Shown one piece after another: positions 9,896-20,406 of a DNA stretch of 64,000 nt (position 1 is the stretch's first letter; every line of letters starts with the position of its first letter). Both the position numbers and the translations under genes were made by a program. The DNA is taken from NCBI GenBank assembly GCA_918797485.1, contig CAKKNE010000005.1, positions 3,844,001 through 3,908,000 on the forward strand. The letters are read 5' to 3'. The notes under the pieces were generated by a model. The model saw nothing but the letters and a program-made list of their open reading frames with translations, made no database searches and was not told the DNA's origin. Source of the stretch: Pelagomonas calceolata. Its lineage: Eukaryota.

Positions 9896-11908
9896 TTACG
9901 CACCACCCCTTCGCCGCCGCTTGGCCCGAGCCGCCACCGAATCCACCGCAGCCGCCCGGCGCCGACGCCTTTTCAGCAATCGAGATGCGACCGAGTCCAC
10001 CCGAACACTACGACGCCGCGCACGCCGCCGCTGCTCGGCCGCCGCCGCCGCGTCGGCCGCGTCCGCCGCTTCGGTCCAGAAGGCTTCTTCCTCGGCCTGC
10101 TGCGTCGCGGCCTCGGCGGAGGCCCAGAAATCGGCGTCGTCATCGACCGGTTCCGGCGGCACGGGCAGGAACACGCACAGCGCCGCGGCCGTGGTCTTCC
10201 TTTCATAAGCCGACGCCGCGAGCCAGGCCCGCCGTCTCCCCTCGTCCGCGCGTAATGAAAGGACGGCCTCGGCGACGGCCCGCAGCCGCGGAAGCACGAC
10301 GCGATCCCAGTCGTTTTCATGCTCACTTCGTAAAATGCGGTCGACACGGACCGGCGCGTCCGGTGAATCTTTAATACGCTGCACCAAATCACCCCGCGAC
10401 CAGCCGAGCATCTGCAAATACGTGACGACCTGGAGCTTGTCATATAACTCGGGCGCGCGCACCTGGTGCATGCGGTTCTTGACCTCGATGACGATCGAGT
10501 CATCATTTTCAGGAGACACCGCGTCCACATAACCGACGACGCGGAAGAGCTCGTCATTTGAACTGCCCTGCGTCGGCAGCGCGCGCTCCTCTTTGCGCCC
10601 GTTGCTCGCGTGCTCCTCCTCGTAGATGTCTTCGTCGTGCCGCTCATTGAAAAGCCGCTTCGCGGGGCACGCCTCACACGAGCACGCGGCGCCCCTTTCG
10701 TAAACGGTGGCAAGCGTCGCGTAGGCGTCTTCATCAACACAGGCGCAGGGCAGGCCGCCGAACCGCGTCCGGCGCACCCTCGCCGTCTGATCTAAGGAAG
10801 ACGCCTCGCCGTCCGAGAGCGGGCCGTCGCCCCCTTCGACGAACCACCCCGTGCGCGGCTTCCGCAGCATCAAGCGCCGGTCCGCGCCGCGGCCCTCGGA
10901 CGCGTGCTCCAGGCCCGGGTACGCCTCCGCTCTTCTATGAGCCGCGCGCCGCTCCGCGGGCGACAGCTCCAGACAAAGCTCAGGCGCGTCCGACGCGACG
11001 AACGCGTCGACGCGTTTTTCGACGGCGGCGTGCTTCTTCGCATCCAAAACAACCGTATCGCCGCCGTCTCTATAAAAACGCCACTCGAGGCGCCGCTCGT
11101 CGGCGACCGCGGCGCGGCCCGTGGCCCGCTCGTACGCGTCGAGCGCGCTCCGCTCGAACGCCGTGCCGAAGCGCGTGTAGCAGGCCTTGCGCTCGTGATT
11201 TGCCAGCTCCGCCGCCTCTTCCTTGGAACACTCTCCGCGCGCGACGGCGGCGTCCGCCGCCGCCGCGACGAGCATCTCGGCGCGCTTGATGTCGCGCGTC
11301 GACGTCGCTCCCGATAGTCCGGCGAGGCGGGCTGTTGCTACTGTTCTTCTAGTTTCCGCCGAGGCATTTCTCAAAATGCGCGCGACGGCCTCGTCGCGCG
11401 TTTCCAGGGATGCGCCCAGGGCGTCGGCGTCGGCCCGCTCGAGCGCCGCGCCGGCCGCGCCCTGGTAGATGAGCCCGTGCCAGAGCTCGTCGACGTCGGC
11501 GTAGGGGTGGACTCCTACACAAGCGCCGACCTGGCTCGCGCCGATCTGGAGGGGCGGGAAGGCTTGTGGTGGCGGTTCCAGCGCGCGTCCCCTCGTGGAC
11601 CGGCGCGGCGAGCGGCGCGGCGAGGGCGCTTGTCGAGGAGGTGATGGCGACGGCGCCAGTGCGCGCCCGCGGGTCGACCGGCGCGGCGAGCGGCGCGGCG
11701 CCGGCGCCGACGCGGGGGCTTCCGCTGCCGGCGCGCGGCCGCGGGACGATCGTCGTCGGGCGCCGGCGCCCGCGAACGCCTTACAGCCGCTGTCGATGTG
11801 TTGGCCAATTACACTCATTGCCACAGTGGCGTCGCAGATCGGGCAGCGTGCCCAGCCCAGTTCTTCGCCACCGCTGCGCGGTGCCGAGCTGCGAGGTGTG
11901 TCCTCCAT
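9896..11908 (-). CDS. UBZ4 zinc finger + YqaJ/lambda-exonuclease-like PD-(D/E)xK nuclease with inserted R3H domain
   Basis: UBZ4: CPICDATVAMSVIGQHIDSGC. Nuclease: IGASQVGACVG, FGTAFERSAL, VVGYVDAV..IVIEVKNR, DKLQVVTYLQML. R3H: LSPAERRAAHRRAE..GLEHASEGRGADRRL. Confidence 0.6.
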   Translation of the reverse strand: MEDTPRSSAPRSGGEELGWARCPICDATVAMSVIGQHIDSGCKAFAGAGARRRSSRGRAPAAEAPASAPAPRRSPRRSTRGRALAPSPSPPRQAPSPRRSPRRSTRGRALEPPPQAFPPLQIGASQVGACVGVHPYADVDELWHGLIYQGAAGAALERADADALGASLETRDEAVARILRNASAETRRTVATARLAGLSGATSTRDIKRAEMLVAAAADAAVARGECSKEEAAELANHERKACYTRFGTAFERSALDAYERATGRAAVADERRLEWRFYRDGGDTVVLDAKKHAAVEKRVDAFVASDAPELCLELSPAERRAAHRRAEAYPGLEHASEGRGADRRLMLRKPRTGWFVEGGDGPLSDGEASSLDQTARVRRTRFGGLPCACVDEDAYATLATVYERGAACSCEACPAKRLFNERHDEDIYEEEHASNGRKEERALPTQGSSNDELFRVVGYVDAVSPENDDSIVIEVKNRMHQVRAPELYDKLQVVTYLQMLGWSRGDLVQRIKDSPDAPVRVDRILRSEHENDWDRVVLPRLRAVAEAVLSLRADEGRRRAWLAASAYERKTTAAALCVFLPVPPEPVDDDADFWASAEAATQQAEEEAFWTEAADAADAAAAAEQRRRARRRSVRVDSVASRLLKRRRRRAAAVDSVAARAKRRRRGGA

Positions 11909-12059
11909 ATGGAATGATCTCAGCGCTGTGTGGCTCGATTTCTTTGCGCGTCTCGCCGCCGGAGGCGGTTGCTGTATGATTTTAGAGCTCTGAACAAAGT
12001 CCTTGGCGCGCTCTCGTGTGCCCTAGGCGCGCCACGGCGGCAGCCCAAACCCCCGCTTG

Positions 12060-12085
12060 TTGCTAGTGTCTTACATGCCGCTAGC
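12060..12085 (+). promoter_or_regulatory. GCTAG element, consensus copy
   Basis: TTGCTAGTGTCTTACA-TGC-CGCTAGC between divergent starts 11908 and 12337. Confidence 0.7.
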
Positions 12086-12336
12086 GTTTATGAGGCCGCC
12101 CGCGAAACGCGCACAACTTGCCACAGCGTTAATCATAGCACATCAGCTGCGCCACAAGACTCATTTGGAGCTGCCGCAAGCGTCGCCTGGACTGCCAAGG
12201 CAACGCGCCGCAGCGCATCCTGCAATCAGTGGTGCCGCCGCCACGGCCGAGTAAATCCACGGCGTGCCAAGCGCTGCCAAAACGCCGGTCGACGCGGTAA
12301 AAATACACGCCGGGCAACCAAGCAATATACAATAAA

Positions 12337-13590
12337 ATGGCGAGCACGGGAATGCGCCGCCGCGGCGCCAACGCCGACGCCCCGACGCCCCGACCGGAAC
12401 CCAGCCCGATCAAGCGCAAGGTCAACGCCACCCTGAAAAAGATCGACTTGTACTCGAACAACCGCGTCGCGGCCGAGTTCACGACGGCGCCGCCGAAAGA
12501 AAGCAGTAGGCTGGCCGTCGCGAGCTACTGGGTCATGCTCGTTTTATTTTTGAGCGAATTCCGCATCTTCCTCAGAACGGAAGAAAGGGACCACGTCGTC
12601 GTCGACCGGAGCATGGGCCAACAACTTAGAATAAGACTCAACGTCACGTTCCCCGCGCTGACGTGCGCCGAGGTTCATTTGGATGCAATGGACGTCGCGG
12701 GCGACTACCACCCCTACATGGAGCAGCACGTGGTCAAGCAGCGCTTAGACAAGTTTGGGAATAGAATAAGGACGCCCACGCAAGCGACGGCCAATAAAGC
12801 CCCGATGCCCAAAAAAGAGAAGTGTCCGTCCTGCTTTGGGGCCGAGAGTCCGACGCAGCCCTGCTGCCACACGTGTGATGATCTGCTGAGGGCGTATGGC
12901 GAAAGGGGCTGGGCCTCGGACTCCATCAAGAACGAGGCGCCCCAATGTGTTGATAGTAGACCCGGTTCTTTGAGGGATGTGAAGAAGGGCGAGGGGTGTC
13001 GGTTAGCTGGTTGGTTGGAAGTCAATAAAGTAGCGGGTAATGTTCATGTGGCCATGGGTGAATCAGCAGTACAAAATGGAAGGTTCATCCACCAGTTCGA
13101 TCCGAGTCATGCGCACGCCTTTAACGTCTCGCACGTGATCCACGAGCTGCGGTTCGGGGACCGCTACGAGGGCATGGCCGCGCCCCTCGAGGGCGCGAGA
13201 CGCTACGTCACCCCGGAGACGGGCACCGGGCTGTTTCAATATTTCATCAAGTTGGTACCTACCATATACAAAAAGCACCCTTCAGCAACACCGTTGTCGA
13301 CCGTGCGCTACTCCTACACGCAAAGGTTCCGGCCGCTCAAGATCAGAGCGCCTTCCGACGAGCCCGTGGAAGACCACCACCACCACGCGAAGGCGACGTC
13401 CCCCACGGCCATGCTGCCCGGCGTCTTCTTCGTCTACGACTTTTCGGCCTTCATGGTCGAGGTCACGGTGCACCACAAGACTGTCAGTCATTTGCTTGTT
13501 CGAGTCTGCGCGATCGTGGGGGGCGTGTCCACCACCGTCGGGTTCCTGGACTGGCTCGTGCGGCATTTGAAGCAGAGTAAGGTGATTTAG
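12337..13590 (+). CDS. ERGIC3: ER-Golgi intermediate compartment protein (ERGIC3/Erv46)
   Basis: LKKIDLY, NVTFPALTCAEVHLDAMDVAG, CPSCFGAE..CCHTC, EGCRLAGWLEVNKVAGNVH, FNVSHVIHELRFG, QYFIKLVPT, CAIVGGV. Confidence 0.92.
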   Translation: MASTGMRRRGANADAPTPRPEPSPIKRKVNATLKKIDLYSNNRVAAEFTTAPPKESSRLAVASYWVMLVLFLSEFRIFLRTEERDHVVVDRSMGQQLRIRLNVTFPALTCAEVHLDAMDVAGDYHPYMEQHVVKQRLDKFGNRIRTPTQATANKAPMPKKEKCPSCFGAESPTQPCCHTCDDLLRAYGERGWASDSIKNEAPQCVDSRPGSLRDVKKGEGCRLAGWLEVNKVAGNVHVAMGESAVQNGRFIHQFDPSHAHAFNVSHVIHELRFGDRYEGMAAPLEGARRYVTPETGTGLFQYFIKLVPTIYKKHPSATPLSTVRYSYTQRFRPLKIRAPSDEPVEDHHHHAKATSPTAMLPGVFFVYDFSAFMVEVTVHHKTVSHLLVRVCAIVGGVSTTVGFLDWLVRHLKQSKVI

Positions 13591-13622
13591 TTTAGTGGTT
13601 TACGCGGCGACGGCGTCGGTTC

Positions 13623-14450
13623 TTACTCGCTCGCGGGTGTCGCTGCACGATTCGCCCGGCGCGGGGGGCTGCCCAGCCAGAACTTGCAGACGAGGTGGGC
13701 GAGCGGGTCGGGGAGGCCTGGTGCTGCGGGTGTTTTCGCCGCGGCGCGCGTCCTCGGCCGAGAAAGTCCGCCGCCAATGAGCCGCGCAAATGCCGAGGGC
13801 GTCGCGGCAGTAGGCGCCGCGCGACCGCGGTGACACAACGCGCGGAGAGCGAACACGCCGCGAAGCCGCGGCCGCAGAAGCCGCGCGTCCCGGAGAAGCC
13901 GTACTGATTCGCGATATAGCCGGCCGGAGGCATAGACTGGATTCATTATTCGACGTACTGCCTCCTCTTCGGGCGTAACCAACTCACCACCACCAAACTC
14001 AGAATCGCATTTTAGCGATGGGTCAGCGCCAAAACGGAGGAGCACGCGAATAGTTTCCGGGTCGCTGACAGCAAACCATAGCGGGAAATCAGGAACCTGG
14101 TCGTGAGGCTGACAGAACCTTTTGTAATTCGGGTCCGCGCCGGCCTCACAGAGCAGTTCGCACAGTTCCTTCCGATGATATAGAGACGCTGACAAGAGAG
14201 GCGTGTTTGGCGCCATTTGAATGCGAATGGCGTCGACCTCGGCGCCTCGGGCCAAAAGCAGCCGCGCGATGTCGCAGCGCCCACGTTCCACCTCATCAGA
14301 ACGCAAGCGATCAGAGGCAATAACGTGTAGAAGGGTACGCCCCGACGTCGCACACCGCTCATTCGCGCCGCCGCCTGCGTTTAGCCATTGCTCCACTGTG
14401 GCGACTTCGCCTGTTCTCGCGGCTTCTACGACGGCATCTGGCAACACCAT
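13623..14450 (-). CDS. Ankyrin repeat protein
   Basis: GRTLLHVIA, ARLLLARGAEVD, TPLLSASLY..ELLCEAGADPN, VLLRFGADP. Confidence 0.8.
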   Translation of the reverse strand: MVLPDAVVEAARTGEVATVEQWLNAGGGANERCATSGRTLLHVIASDRLRSDEVERGRCDIARLLLARGAEVDAIRIQMAPNTPLLSASLYHRKELCELLCEAGADPNYKRFCQPHDQVPDFPLWFAVSDPETIRVLLRFGADPSLKCDSEFGGGELVTPEEEAVRRIMNPVYASGRLYRESVRLLRDARLLRPRLRGVFALRALCHRGRAAPTAATPSAFARLIGGGLSRPRTRAAAKTPAAPGLPDPLAHLVCKFWLGSPPRRANRAATPASE

Positions 14451-14595
14451 TTATTGATTGTTTACCTAATTTGAGCCGGAGATCGGCGACAAGAGTCAAA
14501 ATGGGCCGGCAAAAAAGCCCTGAAAAACCCGTTTTGATCTCGCGTGCGCGCGCACGCCGTCGACGCGCCCCCACCAAACCACCGCAAACAACTAC

Positions 14596-15510
14596 TTACC
14601 CACCAACAGCGTCGCGCAGCCGCCGCCGGTCCTCCTTATCACCGGTGTCCTCCTGGTCGAACGCCCCGAGCACGCCCATCAGCACCAACACTATCACGAG
14701 GATCAGGACGATCAAACAACAGTACCTCTTCCGGATCTCCTTCTGGTACTGGATCGCCTTCTTGATGTCCACGTTGCCCTCTTCAACGTATTCACCTGCC
14801 GCTTTGACCTGATACTCGATCTGATCTAACATTTCCCCTTGTTGCTCTGTGAGCAAGGCAAAGTCCAGAAACATCTGGTGGAGCTCGGCTACGCTCTGTT
14901 CCAGCTTCAGGACGTCCTGATACCTGTCGGCCGCATGGGCATAAGCATCTTTCACAGGATCCGCGGCACCCCGCAAGATAGCGCTCCTCATCACTTGCCC
15001 GGGGCCGCCTGACCGCAGCACCGTATCGATCTCCTCCTGTGACACGTCCGGCTGGACGATCTCGAGCTGCCTTTTCACAGTGGCCTGCACTTCATCTTTA
15101 TACCTCGTCTGCTCCTTCTGGTAGTCCTGGCAGACGTCGCCGAACTTCCGCGCGAGTGTGGAAGCGAGGTTCTTTCTTATGCGTTGCTCCGAGGCTTTGA
15201 GAGTCTTGTCCTCTTCCGCGAGTTCATTTAACAAATTCTTCGTTTTCTTGATCGTCGCGTTCGTCCGATCCACCAACGGCCCCAGCTCGCGAGACGCGCC
15301 CTGCTCCTCGTTTGTGGACGTCGCGAGCATGCGCTCGTCCGTGATGCGTCGGATGCGCTTCGAGGCTTTTTTTACCGTTGAAATACCAGCCTTCGCCTCG
15401 TCGACCTTCGCGAAGAAGTCGCCCATGTAATTACTGGATGCGTTTCCCAGCTCGACGTCGCCCGCGTCGCTGGGGTCGCCGCCCGTGAGCTCGGCGAGGC
15501 GCGAGCGCAT
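14596..15510 (-). CDS. Syntaxin (plasma-membrane-type Qa-SNARE)
   Basis: Start MRSRLAEL (ACCATG at 15510), Habc domain, SNARE motif LEQSVAELHQMFLDFALLTEQQGEMLDQIE, C-terminal TM helix. Confidence 0.92.
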   Translation of the reverse strand: MRSRLAELTGGDPSDAGDVELGNASSNYMGDFFAKVDEAKAGISTVKKASKRIRRITDERMLATSTNEEQGASRELGPLVDRTNATIKKTKNLLNELAEEDKTLKASEQRIRKNLASTLARKFGDVCQDYQKEQTRYKDEVQATVKRQLEIVQPDVSQEEIDTVLRSGGPGQVMRSAILRGAADPVKDAYAHAADRYQDVLKLEQSVAELHQMFLDFALLTEQQGEMLDQIEYQVKAAGEYVEEGNVDIKKAIQYQKEIRKRYCCLIVLILVIVLVLMGVLGAFDQEDTGDKEDRRRLRDAVGG

Positions 15511-15775
15511 GGTGGTGCGTGGGGCTGCCCTCTTCTTGAGATGCGCCGCGGCGGCGGGCGTTTTAGAGTCTTGCTGCCCTTGCGTGTATTTTTCTTTTGT
15601 GACGACTGCCGCTGCGTGCGTTGCAGCGCAGCGTGAGATGCGGCACCCAACTGGGGATGCGGAATGTAATTTGCCCTGCACCCGTTTATTTTATTAGCAG
15701 CGCGATCTTGAGCACTCTTCCCGGTGCAACGGATTTCGATGCCTACTGCCACGACGGGAGATCTCGCCGAAAACC

Positions 15776-15799
15776 CCTAGCGCTGTAAGACACTAGCAA
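15776..15799 (-). promoter_or_regulatory. GCTAG element, short-spacer copy
   Basis: Minus strand TTGCTAGTGTCTTACA-G-CGCTAGG between divergent starts 15510 and 16035. Confidence 0.65.
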
Positions 15800-16034
15800 G
15801 CAAGGCAAGCAGGCAGGGACGGTGTGTAGCGGTCAAAGACTGCCCCACGTGCGCCGCAGCACTCGTGTATCAAGTGAAATTATACTGCGTACGGCAATCA
15901 ACCGCTTCGCGCTGTCGCTGCGCCGGTGCTTTGAGCAATACTACTCACTGCACACACCTAGCTAGCTGCAGCAAAGGACTTGCATAAGCCCAGCAGCTAA
16001 GTGTACTACGAGCAGCATTGCTGCAGCAGACAAG

Positions 16035-16595
16035 ATGGAACAGCGCCAAATCACCGGCCTCACGAGCCGCCCCGAACTGAACGGCGCCGTCGTCGAGATC
16101 TTAGGCCGCGACGCCTCGACGGGCCGCCTGCGCGTGCGCATCGTGGGTCGGCCAGAACTTGGAGCGATGGCGCTGAAGCGCGAGAATTTGACGCAACTGA
16201 GCTGGGCGAACACGGCCAAGCAAGCATTTTCGAGGCTCGACGTGAACGAGCTGCGGCAAAACGCCAGGTACTTTTGGTCGAAACCTGCCGCAAAGGTCGC
16301 GCTGGCCGTCCTCGCCATTGCAATCGTCTCCTCGCGGCGACCCGCGGCCACGCCGGCACCACGGCGCCGGACGCCGTCGGCGCGCGAGCGCGAGTGCTAC
16401 GCGCTCGGCTACGTCGACGCGCTCAAGAAGCGCGACTACGGCTCTTCGATTGGTGCCAACGACGCCGAGCACGACGACCTCGTCGAGGCGACGCTCGAGG
16501 ACCTGCCGCCGGAAGCGCAGGGCATCCGCGACCAGTGGATTTCACGCTCAGGTATTGGTCGCAAGGAGGACGTGAGGGCGGCGGCGGATTCATGA
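16035..16595 (+). CDS. Hypothetical membrane protein with N-terminal SH3-like module
   Basis: ITGLTSRPELNGAVVEI...GRLRVRI..ALKRENL, then a TM helix VALAVLAIAIV. Confidence 0.6.
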   Translation: MEQRQITGLTSRPELNGAVVEILGRDASTGRLRVRIVGRPELGAMALKRENLTQLSWANTAKQAFSRLDVNELRQNARYFWSKPAAKVALAVLAIAIVSSRRPAATPAPRRRTPSARERECYALGYVDALKKRDYGSSIGANDAEHDDLVEATLEDLPPEAQGIRDQWISRSGIGRKEDVRAAADS

Positions 16596-16623
16596 GTAAT
16601 TGTTAGTTGTACAAGCAAGTAAG

Positions 16624-18411
16624 TTATCTACACACAGCGGCCGCCTCCGCGCGCCGATCGGCAAGCTCCAGCCAGTCCACCGCCGGTTCGCGCGGCGCAG
16701 TAGCAGTCGCACGGCGGCGTATTGCTGACTCCGCGTTCGCACGCACGGTCATAGCTTCCGTCGGCGCCGCGTCGGGCCCGTGCAGCCAGCCCCGCGAGAA
16801 CGCCGACAGGGCGCGGTCCTTAACAACTTCACTCCCACTATCTCGGGAGAACAAGACCGACGATGAGCGGTCCGCGACACGGGGCCCGAGTCGATCTGCG
16901 CGCGAGCCCGTCGTTCGGGCAGTGCGAAGACCTGGCTCGCCCGCGCCGAGCGCCGCGAAGGCGGCAGCGGCGACGGCATCAGGTGATGCCCCCAATCTCA
17001 GCGTGTCGTCGACCGCCTCCGCCGCGGCTGCGAGGTCGCCCGCGCCGGCCGTGACGAAGACGACGGCCCCGACCGGTGAGGCGAGCTCGTCGGACCGGTC
17101 GACGTAGACGGCCACCGTGGCGGCCTTGCCAGCGTCCGACGCGCGGTTCTCGAGGGTGGCGTCGCAGCGACCAATGAACGCGGCGGACAGCCCCGCGCCG
17201 AGCTCTACAACGAGCCGTGGCGTCACTTCATCCACAATTCTGGCCGCGGCCGCCGCGTCGCCGTCGACCAGTGCCGCGCCAGCGGCAGCGCCCGTCGCTT
17301 GAGCGTGCCAATTTCCAGCTTCCGCTGCAAGCGAGATCGCCGCCGCCGACCGCGCCAAGGGTGATGCGCGCAGACGGCAGGGCGTCGCCGCTGCGTCGCC
17401 GCAGGAAAGCACCGACTGGCACGCCGCTAATTCTTCCGAAACGTAGACAGGACCGCTCCCCAGCACCGTCGGCCGCGCCGCTGACATGGACACGGCGCCG
17501 AGCGACGCCGCCGTGTCGCGCCGGACCATCGTGGGCAGCTGCGGCGCGAAGTGCTCGCCGCCGGCGACGACGACGAGGTCGGCCCTCCTCCGGCTCGTCT
17601 TCATGGGATCGTCAGACCGGCCGAGGTACACCCAAGCGCCGCCGCCCTGTGCCGCGCCGATGTGTCGCACCTGATTCAGCGCCAGGACCGACGCGCCGCG
17701 TTTCTCGAGCCGCCGCGCGAGGCGTCTACCGAGCGCTTTCGGGAGTCGCGCTCCTAGAGGGGTCGCTTCCGGGAAGATCAACGTGGCCGCGGGACCTTCC
17801 TCGGCGACGCAGTCTGCCGTGGCGTCCGCCGGCCGGGACGCGGCGCAGACGTCGGCGACGAGCGCAGTGGCGCGGCGCGAGCCGCCCAGCACGACGACGT
17901 GGCCTCCGGCACGCGCAACCGCTTCCGCTTCGGCGGCGGCCGCGGCGTCGTGCGTCTCTCCTAACCCAAGGACTCGCACGGCGGCGCGCGCGCCAGCGTC
18001 CACAAATCCCGGCGGCGGCGCCGGGGCGGGCGAGCCCGAGGCCAGCAGACATCGGCCGTAGGTAATGTCGCCCGATGAAGTCTTCAGCGTCTGCTGACCG
18101 GGGTGGAGGCTTGCCACGCGGTCGCGGAGGCATGATACGCTTGACTGCGCACACCTTGCCAGCGCTCGGCAGCGCGCGACGGCCGCCGGGTCCGAGTCGA
18201 CGACCAAAAGACTCGTTTGTGGCGGTGCCCGCGTCGACACGGCCTTGAGCGCTGCGGTGCCGCCGACGCCGCACCCGATGATTACGTGGTCGTAGTGGTT
18301 TCTACGCGTCGGCGCCGCTTCGACTGGTGTATCATCAGCGTGCGCTCGTACTGACGCGACCGAAGCTGCGGCAGCGACCTGTACGCCGCGCACCGCGCGT
18401 GCCAAGAGCAT
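16624..18411 (-). CDS. FAD/NAD(P)-binding oxidoreductase (Pyr_redox/AIF-like), probably mitochondrial
   Basis: YDHVIIGCGVGGTAA, ITYGRCLLASGS, VVVLGG, CGDAA. The presequence is Arg/Ala-rich. Confidence 0.65.
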   Translation of the reverse strand: MLLARAVRGVQVAAAASVASVRAHADDTPVEAAPTRRNHYDHVIIGCGVGGTAALKAVSTRAPPQTSLLVVDSDPAAVARCRALARCAQSSVSCLRDRVASLHPGQQTLKTSSGDITYGRCLLASGSPAPAPPPGFVDAGARAAVRVLGLGETHDAAAAAEAEAVARAGGHVVVLGGSRRATALVADVCAASRPADATADCVAEEGPAATLIFPEATPLGARLPKALGRRLARRLEKRGASVLALNQVRHIGAAQGGGAWVYLGRSDDPMKTSRRRADLVVVAGGEHFAPQLPTMVRRDTAASLGAVSMSAARPTVLGSGPVYVSEELAACQSVLSCGDAAATPCRLRASPLARSAAAISLAAEAGNWHAQATGAAAGAALVDGDAAAAARIVDEVTPRLVVELGAGLSAAFIGRCDATLENRASDAGKAATVAVYVDRSDELASPVGAVVFVTAGAGDLAAAAEAVDDTLRLGASPDAVAAAAFAALGAGEPGLRTARTTGSRADRLGPRVADRSSSVLFSRDSGSEVVKDRALSAFSRGWLHGPDAAPTEAMTVRANAESAIRRRATATAPREPAVDWLELADRRAEAAAVCR

Positions 18412-18553
18412 CTCCAGCAGTGTTTTTATGGACGGCAGCAGACCGCCGCAGCGCGCACGACTCGCTGGGGGCTGTGGGGAGTTGAACCAGCTAGTTTAAC
18501 GCTTGAAGATCCAGCAATGGCGGCTTTCAGGGCTCGAACTTGAAATCCCGCGT

Positions 18554-18579
18554 GCTAGCGTCCTGTAAGACACTAGCAA
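18554..18579 (-). promoter_or_regulatory. GCTAG element, consensus copy
   Basis: Minus strand TTGCTAGTGTCTTACA-GGA-CGCTAGC, ~145 bp upstream of the ATG at 18411. Confidence 0.7.
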
Positions 18580-18693
18580 ACAACAATTGGCCACCCGCGC
18601 GGCGGCATACGCGTGCGGGTTTCTCACGCACCCTTAAATCCACAATCTATCCGGTGCACGCCGCCGACGCGACGAAAAATAACACAGTTCATC

Positions 18694-20016
18694 TTACGCC
18701 CGCCGCCGCCGACCCCCCTTCTTCTTCTCACGAGGCGCAGAAACGCGCGGCGCCGGAGCGTCCACGGGGTACGTGTAGAGCACCTCCGTCCGGACCACGA
18801 ACTTGAGCCGCGCCGTCACCGAGGACCCCTCGTGGATCAGCGACCCCGTCGTCTCGCCGTGCGGGAAGAAGAGCACCGCGCCCCGCAGCGGCTGCACGGC
18901 CGTCACGTCAATTGAATCATCACCAGCGCTAAAGAAGGCCGTCTCGCCGCCCTCAAAATCATCATTCAGGTAGACGAGCATCGTCAGCCGCGAGAGCCGG
19001 TCCCCGAAGGCGTCGTACTCGTAGCGCGGCCGGTCGCGCGAGCCTGTCACACTGGACCCGGGCCACGCGCCGTCGACGTGCGGCCGGTACGTGCCGCCCG
19101 CGTCGTACCGGTAGAAGCGCCACCTTCTATTCAAGCCAACCAATTTCCCGACGCCCCGCCTTCTACCTTTCGCGTCGCAGCAGTCCTCGAGCTCGGCCGG
19201 TAAATGTGCTCGGAGCCTTTCAAAAACCGCGTCGTGCGTGCGATCGTCCACGACCACGACGCACGCGCGGCTCCGGAGCGAGTGGTCCGTCAGGAGCACG
19301 TCGGCCGCCGGTTGTGCCTCCTCCTCCGCCTCCGTCGTCGCGTCGCTGTCCTCGTCTAGACACGCGAAGGCGCTCGTCGTCGTCCGGGCCGCCTCGAGGC
19401 GCGACCGCGCCGCGGCGTCGAGGGGCTCGTCCCGCTCGTAGCCGAGCGTCGCCGCGAGGGCCAGCAAGCGGCCGGACTCCGTCGGCGAGAAGACGTCGCG
19501 CACGAGGAAGGCGCCGGGCACGGCCGGCACGTCGACGCGCGTCGCGGTCGCGGCGCCGTCGAGCACGGACTCCGTCTGCGCCCAGATCGTCAAATCATAT
19601 TTGTTCGGCGGCGTGCGCTTCGCCGCCTTCTCGCGCGCGCAGACGTAGGCGGGCTTCGCGGGTGTCTCGCAGACCGGCGTCGGGTCGGAGGCCTCGGCGC
19701 GCGGCAGCGCGGCGAAGACCGACCGCCGCAGCGGCACGTCGCCCGTCGGCGCGTCGGCGGCTTCACCGGCGGCAACTCTGCAGAGCAGCCACAGCAGCGC
19801 CCGCCACTGAGCCTTGTCGTCGTCGACGCAGGCGTCGGCGTCGCGCGTCCAGCGCTGCAGCGAGCCGAGCTTGACGTTGCGAGCGGCGCTTTTTGAGAGG
19901 TCGGCCAGCAGAGTGGAAGCCTCGGTCCAGCGGCGCTCTCGTAAGGCATCACTGATTTCCTGTGATAGGTGCTTTCCAGCGCTGCTCTTTCCAGCTCTCG
20001 CGACTTGCTCGGCCAT
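18694..20016 (-). CDS. 2OG-Fe(II) oxygenase (prolyl-4-hydroxylase-like)
   Basis: RFYRYDAGGTYRPHVDG (HxD), LTMLVYLNDDFEGGETAF, LIHEGSSV, KFVVRTEVLY. Confidence 0.85.
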   Translation of the reverse strand: MAEQVARAGKSSAGKHLSQEISDALRERRWTEASTLLADLSKSAARNVKLGSLQRWTRDADACVDDDKAQWRALLWLLCRVAAGEAADAPTGDVPLRRSVFAALPRAEASDPTPVCETPAKPAYVCAREKAAKRTPPNKYDLTIWAQTESVLDGAATATRVDVPAVPGAFLVRDVFSPTESGRLLALAATLGYERDEPLDAAARSRLEAARTTTSAFACLDEDSDATTEAEEEAQPAADVLLTDHSLRSRACVVVVDDRTHDAVFERLRAHLPAELEDCCDAKGRRRGVGKLVGLNRRWRFYRYDAGGTYRPHVDGAWPGSSVTGSRDRPRYEYDAFGDRLSRLTMLVYLNDDFEGGETAFFSAGDDSIDVTAVQPLRGAVLFFPHGETTGSLIHEGSSVTARLKFVVRTEVLYTYPVDAPAPRVSAPREKKKGGRRRRA

Positions 20017-20109
20017 CAGTCGAATATATTAATTCATTCCATGATCATCAAGGCCGAGCTCGGTGCGATCTGAGCGAGTTTGCAGTCTTTTTTGCTCTCA
20101 GGCTAGCAG

Positions 20110-20133
20110 GCTAGTGTGTCATTAAACGCTAGC
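20110..20133 (+). promoter_or_regulatory. GCTAG element, arms and 10-nt spacing conserved, core divergent
   Basis: GCTAGTG-TGTCATTAAA-CGCTAGC between divergent starts 20016 and 20407. Confidence 0.55.
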
Positions 20134-20406
20134 TCGTGTGCTAAACGCATTTGCTTTTTGCAGGCACCAGGCGGATCTGGCGCGCGCAAGCTCGGCGCAG
20201 GCAACGCTGCTAACCCACTCATAGCTCCAAACCGAAAAGAGCACTTCTAGAGGCTCCCAACAGAGCGGTTTCACACAAGCCTGCTCTCCGCCGCGCTCAA
20301 TTTAAATCGCAGCAGTGCGCGCACGACGGGAAGTGGCTCTCGGAGGCCGCACTAAGGCGCACAGATCGGTTTCGGCTCAAATCACACGAGGGCGCGACCA
20401 CAAAAA

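Noticed and set aside
14596..15681. Non-ATG N-terminal extensions given by the ORF track (also 7877, 29546, 42536, 43065, 53988 ORFs)
   Set aside because: This is a eukaryotic locus, so downstream ATGs with good context and family-consistent N-termini were used.
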